Positions 47,690 through 58,400 of a DNA stretch of 64,000 bases are shown piece by piece. Location of the stretch: positions 68,579 through 132,578 of the forward strand of contig CAZYLF010000002.1 in the NCBI GenBank assembly GCA_964648765.1, read 5' to 3'. Source of the DNA: an uncultured Candidatus Saccharibacteria bacterium (GTDB lineage: Bacteria; Patescibacteriota; Minisyncoccia; Phycocordibacterales; JACOZG01). Within the stretch, counting starts at the first letter, position 1. The number at the start of each line of letters is the position of its first letter. The notes below the pieces were generated by a model. That model saw only the letters and a program-made list of their open reading frames with translations. It had not been told where the DNA came from and did no database searches. Position numbers and translations under genes: made by a program.

Positions 47690-48439
47690 TTATTTCTTGA
47701 TCGCAAAAAAAACTTTATCCAATAGAATACTTTTGACATACTTCCAATCAAAACCATTTTGCTTTAGGAGCTTCTCGTTCTCATCATCAGTAAACACTAA
47801 GTTGGGTTCTTCATCTCTTAAATAATGTTTAGTCCATTCAACGAATAAGTCTGGTCTATTGTGCTTCGTATAAAACAGGGATAAATCAAATAAGATTTGA
47901 GCTAAATCCTTTATTCTTTGATCTCCAGTATTCCCCAGTTTTTCCAATACTGCAAATACTCCGTGTGGTTTTAGAATTCTACTGACCTGCTCATAAATAA
48001 CCGCTCGCTTAACCGGTGGAAAATTATGTAACACCCATGCAGTGTAAACAGCATCGACCGATTCATCAGGGATAGTTTTTATAACTTCCTCAATGTCACC
48101 AACTTTCTTTTCATAATTATAAGACTCAAGATAAGCATCGGCGCGACTTAATAATTCCTTATCAAATTCATTCAGAATAAATTTTGCTTTTGGAAATTCT
48201 TTCGCCACTAATTTCGTGGTAAATCCATACCCTGCCCCAATATCAAGAAAAATGAGTGAAGACCCCCCATTTATACTTTCCTTAAAATGACTCTTAAGAG
48301 ATTCCGAAATGGTTTGTTGTAATTTACCGTGAGAAGGAAATACTTTTCCGAAAAGGTCATATTCTTCAACAAGAGTATCTGAGAAATTGTTTGTTTTCAT
48401 AAATTTTATTTTATTTTCCAGCATTCCATAATTCTTCAA
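47690..48439 (-). CDS. Class I SAM-dependent methyltransferase
   Basis: Motif I FLDIGAGYGFTT. Acidic motif II FILNEFD. Confidence 0.7.
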   Translation of the reverse strand: MKNYGMLENKIKFMKTNNFSDTLVEEYDLFGKVFPSHGKLQQTISESLKSHFKESINGGSSLIFLDIGAGYGFTTKLVAKEFPKAKFILNEFDKELLSRADAYLESYNYEKKVGDIEEVIKTIPDESVDAVYTAWVLHNFPPVKRAVIYEQVSRILKPHGVFAVLEKLGNTGDQRIKDLAQILFDLSLFYTKHNRPDLFVEWTKHYLRDEEPNLVFTDDENEKLLKQNGFDWKYVKSILLDKVFFAIKK

Positions 48440-49541
48440 AAAACCTCATATAAGAATCAGCGATTGATTGATTTTTAACCTGGATTATGGTTGGCTCTTC
48501 TTCAAAGATTTGAGTAATAACAGTATCGCCAAAAACATTGTAATTAGCCGGATTTTGAATACTCCTCGGCATGCTTCTAAATTGGTTTAACTCAGGGTAC
48601 TCCTTTGCCAACCTTCGATCGGTTTCGCCTTGATCATAAGTAACCATTTTCCAAATTATCCGCTTTTTAATTCTTAATTCTTCATAGTGTTTATAGAACT
48701 CGCCCATCGGAGCAAACCAAGCGTCGCCGACTGCTCCGGCAACATGAATAGTTGACCCCTCCGGCAATCTCCTTATTAAACCTAAATGATATGCCTGGAA
48801 TTGTTCTCGCCCCTTAAACACCTCAATAGATTCATCGCGCCTGGCAATGTCTAAAATGAAAGATTTAATTTCTGGATTTTCTTGTCCAGAGAAAAACTGA
48901 ACAGTATTTTGGTCTTGTAAGATAGACCCATTTTTGAGAAAAATAATTCTATCAGCAACCGACATAGCAAATGACATGTGGTGAGTCACAATAATCATTG
49001 TATAACCGTCTTTTGCTAATGCTCGAATAAGATCAAGCACGCTTTTCGTAAGTTCAGGATCAAGGGCAGAGGTAATTTCGTCTAAAAGAAGAACTTTCGG
49101 TTTAACCATAACGGCGCGCAAAAGTGCGACTCGTTGTCTTTGCCCTCCAGAAAGTTCCGCTGGATAATTATTTGAATATTCACTCAGACCAAAGCGTGTT
49201 AGCAGATTCTCTGCTTCTTCTTTAATGGCTTTTCCCTGACTTTTTGATTTTAATTTTGGTGCAAGTGTGAGATTTTGTAAAATTGTTAAGTGTGGCCAAA
49301 GCGTATATTCTTGTGATACATAACTAGCTAACTCATCTTTATCAACTCCCAATACTCCTTCATCTAAAGAGATAAGCCCCGCAAGAACTCGAAGTAAGGT
49401 GCTTTTGCCAGATCCACTTTGCCCTAGAACGCAGACGATTTCGCCCTGAGAAACAGTGAAAGAGACATTCTTTATGCCACGAAAATTACCGCGATCTGTA
49501 TACTTTACTGTTGCATTGTTTATTTTAAGCATACACAGCAA
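48411..49541 (-). CDS. ABC transporter ATP-binding protein with a ~130-aa C-terminal extension
   Basis: Walker A GQSGSGKST. Signature LSGGQRQRVAL. Walker B LLLDEITSALD. Extra C-terminal domain of unknown type. Confidence 0.85.
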   Translation of the reverse strand: MLCMLKINNATVKYTDRGNFRGIKNVSFTVSQGEIVCVLGQSGSGKSTLLRVLAGLISLDEGVLGVDKDELASYVSQEYTLWPHLTILQNLTLAPKLKSKSQGKAIKEEAENLLTRFGLSEYSNNYPAELSGGQRQRVALLRAVMVKPKVLLLDEITSALDPELTKSVLDLIRALAKDGYTMIIVTHHMSFAMSVADRIIFLKNGSILQDQNTVQFFSGQENPEIKSFILDIARRDESIEVFKGREQFQAYHLGLIRRLPEGSTIHVAGAVGDAWFAPMGEFYKHYEELRIKKRIIWKMVTYDQGETDRRLAKEYPELNQFRSMPRSIQNPANYNVFGDTVITQIFEEEPTIIQVKNQSIADSYMRFFEELWNAGK

Positions 49542-50178
49542 TATATTTCTTTTGTAATCGAGAAATTAGTAAATGTAGAGGTGATAAAATTATTAGGAAG
49601 AATATCACCAATAAAGAGTAAATCTCAACGGGCTTATAGATCATAGCGTTTATGGTTTGAGCCGTTCTAAATAACTCAGGGACAGAGATAAGACTAGCAA
49701 ACAAAGTGTATTCAAGCATCGAAGCCTGATTGAGTAAGAGTTGTGGCAAAGTCCTTCTGACCAATAAAGGTAGCTCAATATGTTGCACAACTTGGTTTTT
49801 AGACATTCCCAGAGTTACCCCTGCCTCGCGGTATGATTTGGGAAGTAACTCTAGTTCAACAGTAACCACATTTGCCGTTGCGATAATATTAATAATTCCC
49901 AAAGCAATCACTGTGGTCCAAAATGGATTTATTACAATTCCCAACAACCCTTGTAATGGGTAATGTAACCAAAATAGAAACACGAGCACAGGAATAACTT
50001 TTGTCACAAAACGTAAAATTTTAATTATTTTACCCACTTCCGGATTGTACCTTCCACCAATAACACCAATAAGAGTTCCAAGTGGAACTCCAATTAATAT
50101 TATAAGACCGAGAAGTTCTAATGTGGTCAAAAAACCTTCTAGGAACAAGTAATGATATTGAATCAAAACCTGTATCAT
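49525..50178 (-). CDS. Amino-acid ABC transporter permease (HisM/GlnP-like)
   Basis: Five or more TM helices. EAA-like loop SYREAGVTLGMSKNQVVQHIELP. Confidence 0.8.
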   Translation of the reverse strand: MIQVLIQYHYLFLEGFLTTLELLGLIILIGVPLGTLIGVIGGRYNPEVGKIIKILRFVTKVIPVLVFLFWLHYPLQGLLGIVINPFWTTVIALGIINIIATANVVTVELELLPKSYREAGVTLGMSKNQVVQHIELPLLVRRTLPQLLLNQASMLEYTLFASLISVPELFRTAQTINAMIYKPVEIYSLLVIFFLIILSPLHLLISRLQKKYIAVYA

Positions 50179-50186
50179 AATTTATT

Positions 50187-51014
50187 TTATTTGTTCAGAG
50201 AGTAGTCTCCACTCACATTATACTTTTCTAAAACTTTTGCTGTTACCCCTTCATTAATGAGTTCTCTTATTGCGACATTCCACATTGAGACCATAGATTC
50301 TTGACCACGGGCAAAAGCAAAGCTATTGCCAAACTTACGAATAGGAGTATCCCCAACTCTCACAATCTTCCCAGGATTTGTCTTTAAGAAATCGTTTGCC
50401 CCTGAAGGCTCAACGAAGGTTATATCCGCCTTGCCATTAATTATATTTAAGAATATTTCAGCGTATGAAGAAGTTTGGGGCAATGAATTTATTTTCGCTA
50501 ATGGATAATCTTCACTAGCAATAAATTGTGCCATCTCACCATCAAGCGCACTGATTGAATATTGATCAGAATTTAACGACTGAAGATTCCCAAAAAACCT
50601 ATTATCTCCAGTTTTAACGTATGGATAGACCACACTATCCATCGGAGCAATCGTGAAAACAGCTTCCCGTGCACGAGCCGAATTTGGCCACATTTGTGTG
50701 CCTAAAATATCGTATCTTTTTGTTTTAAGGCCTTCAATTGCTGAACCCCAACCTACCTCCTCCACCCAATTTGTTTTTAAATTTAATTTTTTAGCAGCCG
50801 CTTCTACGAGATCATATGAGATACCAGACAGTTGACTCGTAGCTTGATCCTTAAATAAAAGTGGTGGGTAAACAATGTAACCAATTCGAATTTCCCCCAT
50901 ATTAATAACTTTATCCGCAACTGATTGTGAACTGTTTTGTTTCATCGCTGAGAAACTAATAATTAGAGCCACTATCGCAATTAAACCGACAATTATACTT
51001 CCGTAACTTCTCAT
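50187..51014 (-). CDS. ABC transporter substrate-binding protein, family 3 (polar amino acid type)
   Basis: Signal anchor, periplasmic-binding fold. Completes the SBP-permease-ATPase operon. Confidence 0.7.
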   Translation of the reverse strand: MRSYGSIIVGLIAIVALIISFSAMKQNSSQSVADKVINMGEIRIGYIVYPPLLFKDQATSQLSGISYDLVEAAAKKLNLKTNWVEEVGWGSAIEGLKTKRYDILGTQMWPNSARAREAVFTIAPMDSVVYPYVKTGDNRFFGNLQSLNSDQYSISALDGEMAQFIASEDYPLAKINSLPQTSSYAEIFLNIINGKADITFVEPSGANDFLKTNPGKIVRVGDTPIRKFGNSFAFARGQESMVSMWNVAIRELINEGVTAKVLEKYNVSGDYSLNK

Positions 51015-51160
51015 ATTTTTATATAAAAGCTAATAATCTTGAATTATACTACATCCCCCTTTCATGAGCTAATCACCCATCGCCGAAACCAAAAAACAAT
51101 TCACCGCGGAGGTTAGATAAACGTTGGTTTTTGAAGCCTAAATGTAAGGCTATTTTATCA

Positions 51161-51189
51161 TTGACATACAAGTATTTTGGGTGTATAAT
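51161..51189 (+). promoter_or_regulatory. Consensus sigma-70 promoter
   Basis: TTGACA, an exactly 17-nt spacer, then TATAAT. RBS GGAGG about 8 nt before ATG 51248. Confidence 0.55.
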
Positions 51190-51247
51190 TATAAGAGTTG
51201 AATTGTTCTTCGTAATGTAAATCTTTGACCCTGAAAGGAGGTCCAAA

Positions 51248-51901
51248 ATGTCTTCGAATCAAAAGAAGATGCTTGCGGACTCCCTTTTCGGAGTCCAGAT
51301 CATCTGCACCTTAGTGTGGGGCGTCAGTCAGTGCTATCGCATGATGACAACCGCACAGGGTGTAAGTGTAAGTTGGTTCGTTTGCTGGGAAGTATTTCTC
51401 GTCCTCAATCTGGTTTTGTGTGTCCGAGCTCATCGGAACCAACCAAGTCGAGTAACTCTTCAGACCATCACTAGCTACGTATTGTGGACCATTGTTGCCA
51501 CACTATGCTTGATAGTTATGGTATGGAAAGGGACTGGTGAGTGGAATGAGCGAGATACCTGGACGATGATACTTGCGGCCGTTGGTATCGCCGCAACACT
51601 CATTGTTGCCCACAACAGACAGCTAACGATTGCTGACCCAATTGTGAAAGGTTATCTGGCGCTTTTCTTCAAGGCTGTTCCGCAACTAGCATTCGCATAT
51701 AACATGCTGGTGTTGGGCGGAGACGGTTTGGCAGGAATGACGGTGATAGCCGGACACATCACGGTTTCTACCCGGATTGGCCAGCTTTGGTTTTCGATCA
51801 AAGAGGCTGGTTGGGATCGCAATCGAATTGGTTCAGCTATCAGCGAAGTAGGAAATGAATTGAGCTGGATAATCGCAACGATCGTCTGGCTCGCAGTATA
51901 A
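51248..51901 (+). CDS. Hypothetical polytopic membrane protein
   Basis: 217 aa with about 6 TM helices. Confidence 0.5.
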   Translation: MSSNQKKMLADSLFGVQIICTLVWGVSQCYRMMTTAQGVSVSWFVCWEVFLVLNLVLCVRAHRNQPSRVTLQTITSYVLWTIVATLCLIVMVWKGTGEWNERDTWTMILAAVGIAATLIVAHNRQLTIADPIVKGYLALFFKAVPQLAFAYNMLVLGGDGLAGMTVIAGHITVSTRIGQLWFSIKEAGWDRNRIGSAISEVGNELSWIIATIVWLAV

Positions 51902-51963
51902 AAGAGGCCTAGTCTACCAAGACAAAGGCCTCTTTCTTTTTTGCCTAAAATTTTCTACAAAAC

Positions 51964-52039
51964 TGGAGCCGGTGGTCGGGCTTGAACCGACGACCTACGG
52001 TTTACAAAACCGTTGCTCTACCAACTGAGCTACACCGGC
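51964..52039 (-). tRNA. tRNA-Thr (anticodon UGU), CCA encoded
   Basis: Minus strand reads GCCGGTG-TA-GCTCAGTTGGTAGAGC-A-ACGGT-TTTGTAA-ACCGT-AGGTC-GTCGG-TTCAAGC-CCGAC-CACCGGC-T-CCA. All four stems pair. Anticodon loop U-U-UGU-A-A. Confidence 0.9.
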
Positions 52040-52482
52040 AAATTTTATCTACGCATCAATTCTCCCCGGCCCTGTTTGATCTCTGAAATTTTTAATCTCA
52101 GTAAGAAAAAAGGATGCCTTACCCGCCTCCGGCGTCTGCCGTCTTCCATTATGCACCGAATGAATCATTTTACTAAACCTTTGATCAATACGGGCAATTG
52201 AAAGGTGAAAGAAAAGAAAAACCTTTCGACTTAAAACTAAAAAGTAAAAATAAAATAATCGAGAAATTGTCCTAAATCCCAAATTTACTTTGATTGTAAA
52301 AGAATCGATTTTTCTCCTCAGAGCATCCATCAATAATGGATTACAAGCCTCCCCCATTTGCCCCTTACGCACACAATTTATCTGACACCAAATCAAACCG
52401 ATAGTCATTAGGCTTGAGACAATCGTGAGCGCTATTAAAATGATAGTGGTAATCATATTAGCCCCAAACCCTTGGGGCAAGG

Positions 52483-52938
52483 CTATGCCAAAGCGTCGAT
52501 GCGGACAAATTGTCCCACCTCAATACGCTCACCAAATTTGTGCACCGCAGCCTTCACCATATCTGCCACAGTTGAGTCCGGATTCTTAATGAATGGTTCA
52601 GCCAAAAATGATTCTACATTTTCTGGCGCTGTGGCTGCCACCTGCATGGCGAGATCTTCTGCTAAAGCCTTAAATTCTGCATTCTTGGCCACAAAGTCTG
52701 TCTCTGACCGAAGCAAAAGCATTGTACCGATCTGACCACCATTGTGCAGATAGGTGGCCACTGTGCCCGCACCTAAAGTACGGTCAGATTTTTTGCCTGC
52801 CACCGAGTCGCCTTTGGCGTGCAAGAGTTCAATAGCTTTAGCTAAATCACCTCCAGCGTCCTCCAAGGCTTGTTTACAATGTCCGAAGGATAGGCCCGTT
52901 TGATCTCTTAATTCTTTGATCCCCTTAGCGTCTATCAT
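52483..52938 (-). CDS. tsf: Elongation factor Ts, very short form (151 aa)
   Basis: N-terminal UBA-like domain IKELRDQTGLSFGHCKQALEDAGGDLAKAIELL. Core begins TDFVAKNAEF. Lacks the duplicated dimerisation subdomain. Confidence 0.8.
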   Translation of the reverse strand: MIDAKGIKELRDQTGLSFGHCKQALEDAGGDLAKAIELLHAKGDSVAGKKSDRTLGAGTVATYLHNGGQIGTMLLLRSETDFVAKNAEFKALAEDLAMQVAATAPENVESFLAEPFIKNPDSTVADMVKAAVHKFGERIEVGQFVRIDALA

Positions 52939-52949
52939 AATATTTTAAA

Positions 52950-53708
52950 TTATTTAACTTCTTCTACCTCTTTTTCTTTTTGTACTTCTTTGGCCACAAC
53001 TGCTGCCGCTTTGCCAGCCTGGTAAGACTTCATCAATTCTTCGAGTAAAAATTTAATCCCTTTCATTGCGCTGTCGTTTACCACAATTGGATAGGCAATC
53101 TGACTAATATCGCAATCAGTACCAGACAAGCTGATGACCGGAATCTTCATTTTAGTAGCTTCGGCAACGGCAATCTCTTCAGCTTTTGAGTCCACTACAA
53201 GCACAGCATCAGGAAGACGCGTGAGTAAGGAGATCTTAGAGAAATAGCGTTCGAGTTTAGCGATCTCACGATCATAAAGGAGTTTTTCTTTTTTAGTATG
53301 ACCTTCAAAGCCACCGGTTTTACGCTTTTCTGTTAGTTCCTGCAAACGAGTTATTCGCTTTTTAATTTCAGGGTAGTTGGTGAGTGTGCCACCAATCCAA
53401 CGATTAATAACGTAAGGTAAAGCTAAACGCTCACCTAGGGACTCCACCGCGGCTCGTGCCTCAGCTTTAGAACCCACCATTAAGACCATTTTATTTTCAC
53501 TACCGAGTTTGTGTAAAAATTCTCCAGCAGTTTTAAGAGACTCTGAGGCCTTTCCGAGGTCAATAATCGTGCCTCGGTTCTTAAACCCGAAGATAAAACT
53601 CTTTACTGAAGGGTGACGGCGTGAGCGCGAGAAGCCGTAATGAGCCCCGACCTTAAAAAGGTCTTGGATTATGCTATCGCTCCCCGACTTAACTCCTGTT
53701 TTATTCAT
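52950..53708 (-). CDS. rpsB: 30S ribosomal protein S2
   Basis: VGAHYGFSRSRRHPSVKSFIFGFKNRGTIIDL...INRWIGGTLTN. Forms the rpsB-tsf operon. Confidence 0.93.
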   Translation of the reverse strand: MNKTGVKSGSDSIIQDLFKVGAHYGFSRSRRHPSVKSFIFGFKNRGTIIDLGKASESLKTAGEFLHKLGSENKMVLMVGSKAEARAAVESLGERLALPYVINRWIGGTLTNYPEIKKRITRLQELTEKRKTGGFEGHTKKEKLLYDREIAKLERYFSKISLLTRLPDAVLVVDSKAEEIAVAEATKMKIPVISLSGTDCDISQIAYPIVVNDSAMKGIKFLLEELMKSYQAGKAAAVVAKEVQKEKEVEEVK

Positions 53709-53743
53709 CCCGCTACTATAGCAAATAGCCTATAAATTGGCAA

Positions 53744-55486
53744 TTACTGAGGCTCGAAAGTTAGTGGTTGATATTGGAATTCAATATACTTATCATAGGT
53801 CCCACTATCACCACAAACTCCAACCCTAACGCCATACGGTGAATTATCTTTTATTTCAATAAGCTTAACGGGTACCATAATCGAAAAATCAGCCGTATCT
53901 GACATATTTCCGCCAATCACAGTACCTTTAGGAGCTAAGGTAACGCTGCTGATACTCACTCCACCATTTGCGTCTGTGTAATCACAAGTTTTATCAGAGT
54001 TATCATCATTATTGAAATAACATCTAACAAGTTGCTCAATAGGTGTAGCTGGCAAAACAGTACCTGAGGCATGAGTTGGCGAATGATCTTTATTTAACCC
54101 CTTATCTGTAACTTTAGAGATAACTTCCTTGACACAGAAGGTTAACGGTTCATCCGTATTATTACTAATTTTGACAGATGGAGACCTTACCGATAGACCA
54201 GAATTGTGAGAATCGATTTTGATTATACTTGAACTAACACCCAGTGTGTTAGCGTCAATCGGAGGTGGTGTAAGTGTTGGCCAAAAGGTAGCAGAAACTG
54301 ATCGATTTTGATTCATATTCACATTACAAGTTGCAGTTCCACCTGTTGGATCACAGCCAGGCACATCACCTGTCCAACCCTTAAACGAACTTCCTGACGC
54401 CGGAACTGCTGTTAAGGTAACGAGAGTATTTGAAGCATAATCATCCTCACATGATCCAACATTTGAATTACAATTAATATCACCGGATGGGTCATTAGGA
54501 ACTTCCCCAGTTGAAGTAACTACCCCATCACCATTAATATTTAAAGATAATTCTTTGGTCGGACTTGCGGCCGTCACATCTACCGAGCAAATTGCGTGGC
54601 CATATTGGGTATTTGGCTGGAGAGTTGAATCAAAAACCTCAACGTCTAAAGTAACCTTGCCATCAGATGGCAAAACACTTGGCTCTAATGTTGTAAAACT
54701 TTGGGCATAAGTTATTGGATTACCAGACTCAAAAGGTATAATAGCGCCTGCAACATTAACTCGGTAAAACATCCCACTTAAAGAACTATAATTACCAGTC
54801 ACCGTAAGATTCCAAGTTATGTCATTTGGCCCACTGCCAAGTATTGCAGGATTGGGAGTACCGCTACAACTCACATTTAGGCTATCAACTAAAACGCAAC
54901 CTTGAGCCGGTAAGCCACTATCGCCTGGGCAAAAATCAATCCACCCAATCACATCTCCCCCCCACGCTTCACCATATAATGAATTAGGAAAAGATTGGCC
55001 CGGGCTAGAACCAACGGCAACACCGTAACTCTGCGGTTCTGTTTGATCACTAGACATCTTAATCCACCCATCCCAACCGCCAAGTTGAATATTGCTTTTA
55101 AGCGCCCCTGAACATCCACTTAAAAACACGGAGCAAGCTCTTGCCCAGCCCGTTACTGGACTACCAGTTATTGGCCCAGTAATTTTTGTTGAATGCTGTG
55201 CAAGATTAGCAGGATAATTCGGTGGTGCAGGATACGGCCCAGGTGGGTCTAATCGGATCCAACCAATATTGTTGTTCCAAGCATAACCAAGAATATTACC
55301 AGTGGCGGTTTCAAGTCGGACTCTATTTGGCCATGAGCCAAAAGCTATCCAGCCCACATTTGAACTCCAAGCCCAACCTGAGATATTTTGAACTTGTGGT
55401 GGTGTTTGTGCGTAGGATGTAAAGTTGCCACTAAACCACCCGCACACTACAAAAACTAATATTAGAGCAATTATAGACTTCCTCAT
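53744..55486 (-). CDS. Secreted repeat protein with a GW-rich module and an InlB B-repeat-like domain
   Basis: Signal peptide. GWAWSSNVGWIAFGSWP...GYAWNNNIGWIRLDPPGPYP...GWARACSVFLSGCSG...GWDGWIKM. Domain TLVTLTAVPASGSSFKGWTGD...NVNMNQNRSVSATF. Confidence 0.6.
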   Translation of the reverse strand: MRKSIIALILVFVVCGWFSGNFTSYAQTPPQVQNISGWAWSSNVGWIAFGSWPNRVRLETATGNILGYAWNNNIGWIRLDPPGPYPAPPNYPANLAQHSTKITGPITGSPVTGWARACSVFLSGCSGALKSNIQLGGWDGWIKMSSDQTEPQSYGVAVGSSPGQSFPNSLYGEAWGGDVIGWIDFCPGDSGLPAQGCVLVDSLNVSCSGTPNPAILGSGPNDITWNLTVTGNYSSLSGMFYRVNVAGAIIPFESGNPITYAQSFTTLEPSVLPSDGKVTLDVEVFDSTLQPNTQYGHAICSVDVTAASPTKELSLNINGDGVVTSTGEVPNDPSGDINCNSNVGSCEDDYASNTLVTLTAVPASGSSFKGWTGDVPGCDPTGGTATCNVNMNQNRSVSATFWPTLTPPPIDANTLGVSSSIIKIDSHNSGLSVRSPSVKISNNTDEPLTFCVKEVISKVTDKGLNKDHSPTHASGTVLPATPIEQLVRCYFNNDDNSDKTCDYTDANGGVSISSVTLAPKGTVIGGNMSDTADFSIMVPVKLIEIKDNSPYGVRVGVCGDSGTYDKYIEFQYQPLTFEPQ

Positions 55487-58400
55487 TTACAATCATCAGG
55501 ATTACCTTCACAAATACCTGGAAAATTAACTAAGAGATTGCTTTTCTTGACGTTATTTGGATGAGTCGCAGTTTCATTACACACATACACCTTGAGATCA
55601 TATGGGCTGGCAAGCTCAATATCAGCAAGACATGTTGATTGATAGATATGAATATTAACTTGACTAGAACTACCAGCATTTACAGTGCCTGATGGCCCCG
55701 CAATATCATTACTTGGAGTACATATTTGTAAACCATTTCCATCACTAGTTTTAAAATCACAAACTGGATGAGAAACTTGACCACAACCAGAATCATTTAT
55801 AATAGTCTGCATAGATTTTCCGAAATAATCAGGATCTTGGTCTCTGGAAACAATTGAGCTAATACAAAACTTTGCATTAGATGTGTCATCATTAAAGATC
55901 CTAAGGGCAGCAAATTGTGGATCAGTTGATGTAATTTGAGTTGTGGCTGAAACTCTGAAATTGATTCCGCTTGCCGTGGTCTGACCAAAAGTAGCGATTA
56001 CGTCTTTTACACCATCCACATTTACAGTACAAGTATTACCACTACAAGCTGAACCTGCTCCCGACCAAGTAACACTCCTATTTAATCCTGCTGGATTTGC
56101 AGTAAGTGTGACACTTGTCGTGGCTGTGTAAGTTTTGGAACAACTTGCAGTACAATTAGTTCCGAGTCCAGTTACGTACTCTCCAGGATTTTCACCAGCC
56201 ACATCTAGATTTAGAATAAATCTTTTAAACGTAGCTGTAACTGTTTTATCTGAATTCAGTGTGCCTAGATTACAAAGAATTCCTGGTCCACTACATCCTC
56301 CACCGCTCCATCCGGTAAACACGGTTGGCGACAAAGTTGAAACAGATGGTACGGAAAGTACCACACTTGTGCCAGCAGGGTAAGATTTCGTACAGCCGGA
56401 AGCGCCATTTGTTAGACAACTTATTCCAGTACCATTCGTCACTTGACCGTTTGTCACGCCATCCAATTCTTGCAGATTGACTGTCACAGTATAATTCGTT
56501 CCCCCGCCACATGGTGGAGAAGAGCAACCACCGTCATCAAGGTCGAATTTCCCTATTGATGTTTGAATCCCATTATTTTTAGTAAATATAAATGTTTGGG
56601 TGTCACAAGCGCCGGTAGTGGCTGTGCCACAAGCAGAACCGGTCCACGGACTAACAAACTTGCTACCCGAAACAGGATTACCAGTTACTGTAATAACAGT
56701 ACCTAGATCATACATATAACAACCCGCTACCTGTGGAGCACATGGAGAACCTACTGGTGACACCGCAATATTTCCATCTCCAGTACCAATCTTGATGGTA
56801 CTAAATTGATATTTCTGAACATCAAATCTGGCAATTGCCAAATCTAAAGAACCACTTTTAGGAAATGTGAACGACGCAGTATTGCAGGAACCAACCGTGG
56901 CATTACTACAAGCGACTCCAGTCCAAGGAGAAATAAACTTACTACCTGAGCTTGGGTTGGCAGTAACGGTTACCAAAGTTCCAGCTGTGTACCTATAACA
57001 ACTAGGAGATGGGGTTGCGCACGGTAAACCTGCTGGTGACACACTAATTGAACCTGTACCAGTGCTTTGTGGGCTAATCACTGTCCTTAATTCAAAAGTA
57101 GGAAGAGGTTGGGTCACAGGAGGTAAATTTGTACAGTGAGTACCCCCAGCTTCATCACAAAAACTTACCCAACCAAGATTATTTGATCCCCAAGCATAAC
57201 CCACAAGATTGCGTGCACCAGAGGTTGCATCTACCTTAACTGCTACACCGTTTGACCAGGTTCCGTTCATTTTGATCCAACCATCCCATTCCCCACGTAG
57301 AGCCACATGACGCATATTACCCATACAACCAGTTACAAATACCGAACACGCCCGTGCCCAACCTTCAATTTTTTGATTTGGAGTTACACCAGTAAGACGA
57401 GAACTGTAAGGTGGGGTATTAGAATCAGGGTAGGGCCCTGAAGGATCAAATTCTATCCAACCAATATTCGGTCCCCAAGCGAAACCATTTAAATTATTGT
57501 TATTGTTTTCATCAACTTTTACCCCGTACTCATCAAAGAATGAAGTAGAGTTGGCTGGTCCGAAATAAATCCAACCCATTCCAGAACTCCAAGCCCAACC
57601 TGTTAACCTATCTGTACCAGTAGAATGATAATTTCCATAATTGTTAGTGATAGTGAACATCCCACTGCGACCTGGTGCAATATCTAAAGCTCCAATATTT
57701 GCCGTGTCTAATTCATAATAATAATTACCAGTTGGAACAGTGGGAACAAGGCTGGCATAATGCCCATCATTTACTCCCAAAGAAAACGGTGCTTGTTGAG
57801 GAATTCCCTGTTCAGTAAAAAGTTGAGCTGAGATACTTTGCGTGGCTGGAACTATTGATGGGGCATTCCATCTGACTGAATTTATAGGTAATGGCGAGAC
57901 ACCGGTACGCCAAATTTCACCTGATTGTGGAAAACTAACGCTAATCTTTAGCGATGCAATTTTAATCTTTCCAAGATAGTCACATGTGATTGGTACGATG
58001 CCCGACACGGGTAGAGCACAAACTTGTATGTCATAGTCACCGCTTGGATAACCACCCGCTTGAGCTAAACTTTGCGGTATTGTAATTGTAAAATGATCAT
58101 TGAATGAAATTGGTGTGGGAGTAAAATCGTGGAATATAGCTGGTTGCGGAACACTATTAAATGATTGATGGAGGGTAACGGTAAACCGACTAGTATTTGG
58201 AATATTATTGTTATTCCAATTAACCAAATAATTTTGACTGATATAAAGTGGTAATGTACTTGGAGAACTTGTTGGACTAGTAATACTTATACTTGGTGCA
58301 CCACTGCCAACAATATTAAACACTCCGCTCTCTCCACTTGAATTTGGACGACCAAAAGCTGAGCTCAAACGATACTTGTAGGCACCTGGAGCATTTGGCA

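Noticed and set aside
52049-52480. 143-aa ORF between tsf and tRNA-Thr (minus strand)
   Set aside because: No RBS, an odd composition (Phe/Leu runs), and it overlaps the likely tRNA promoter region. It is probably spurious, although a small membrane protein cannot be fully excluded.
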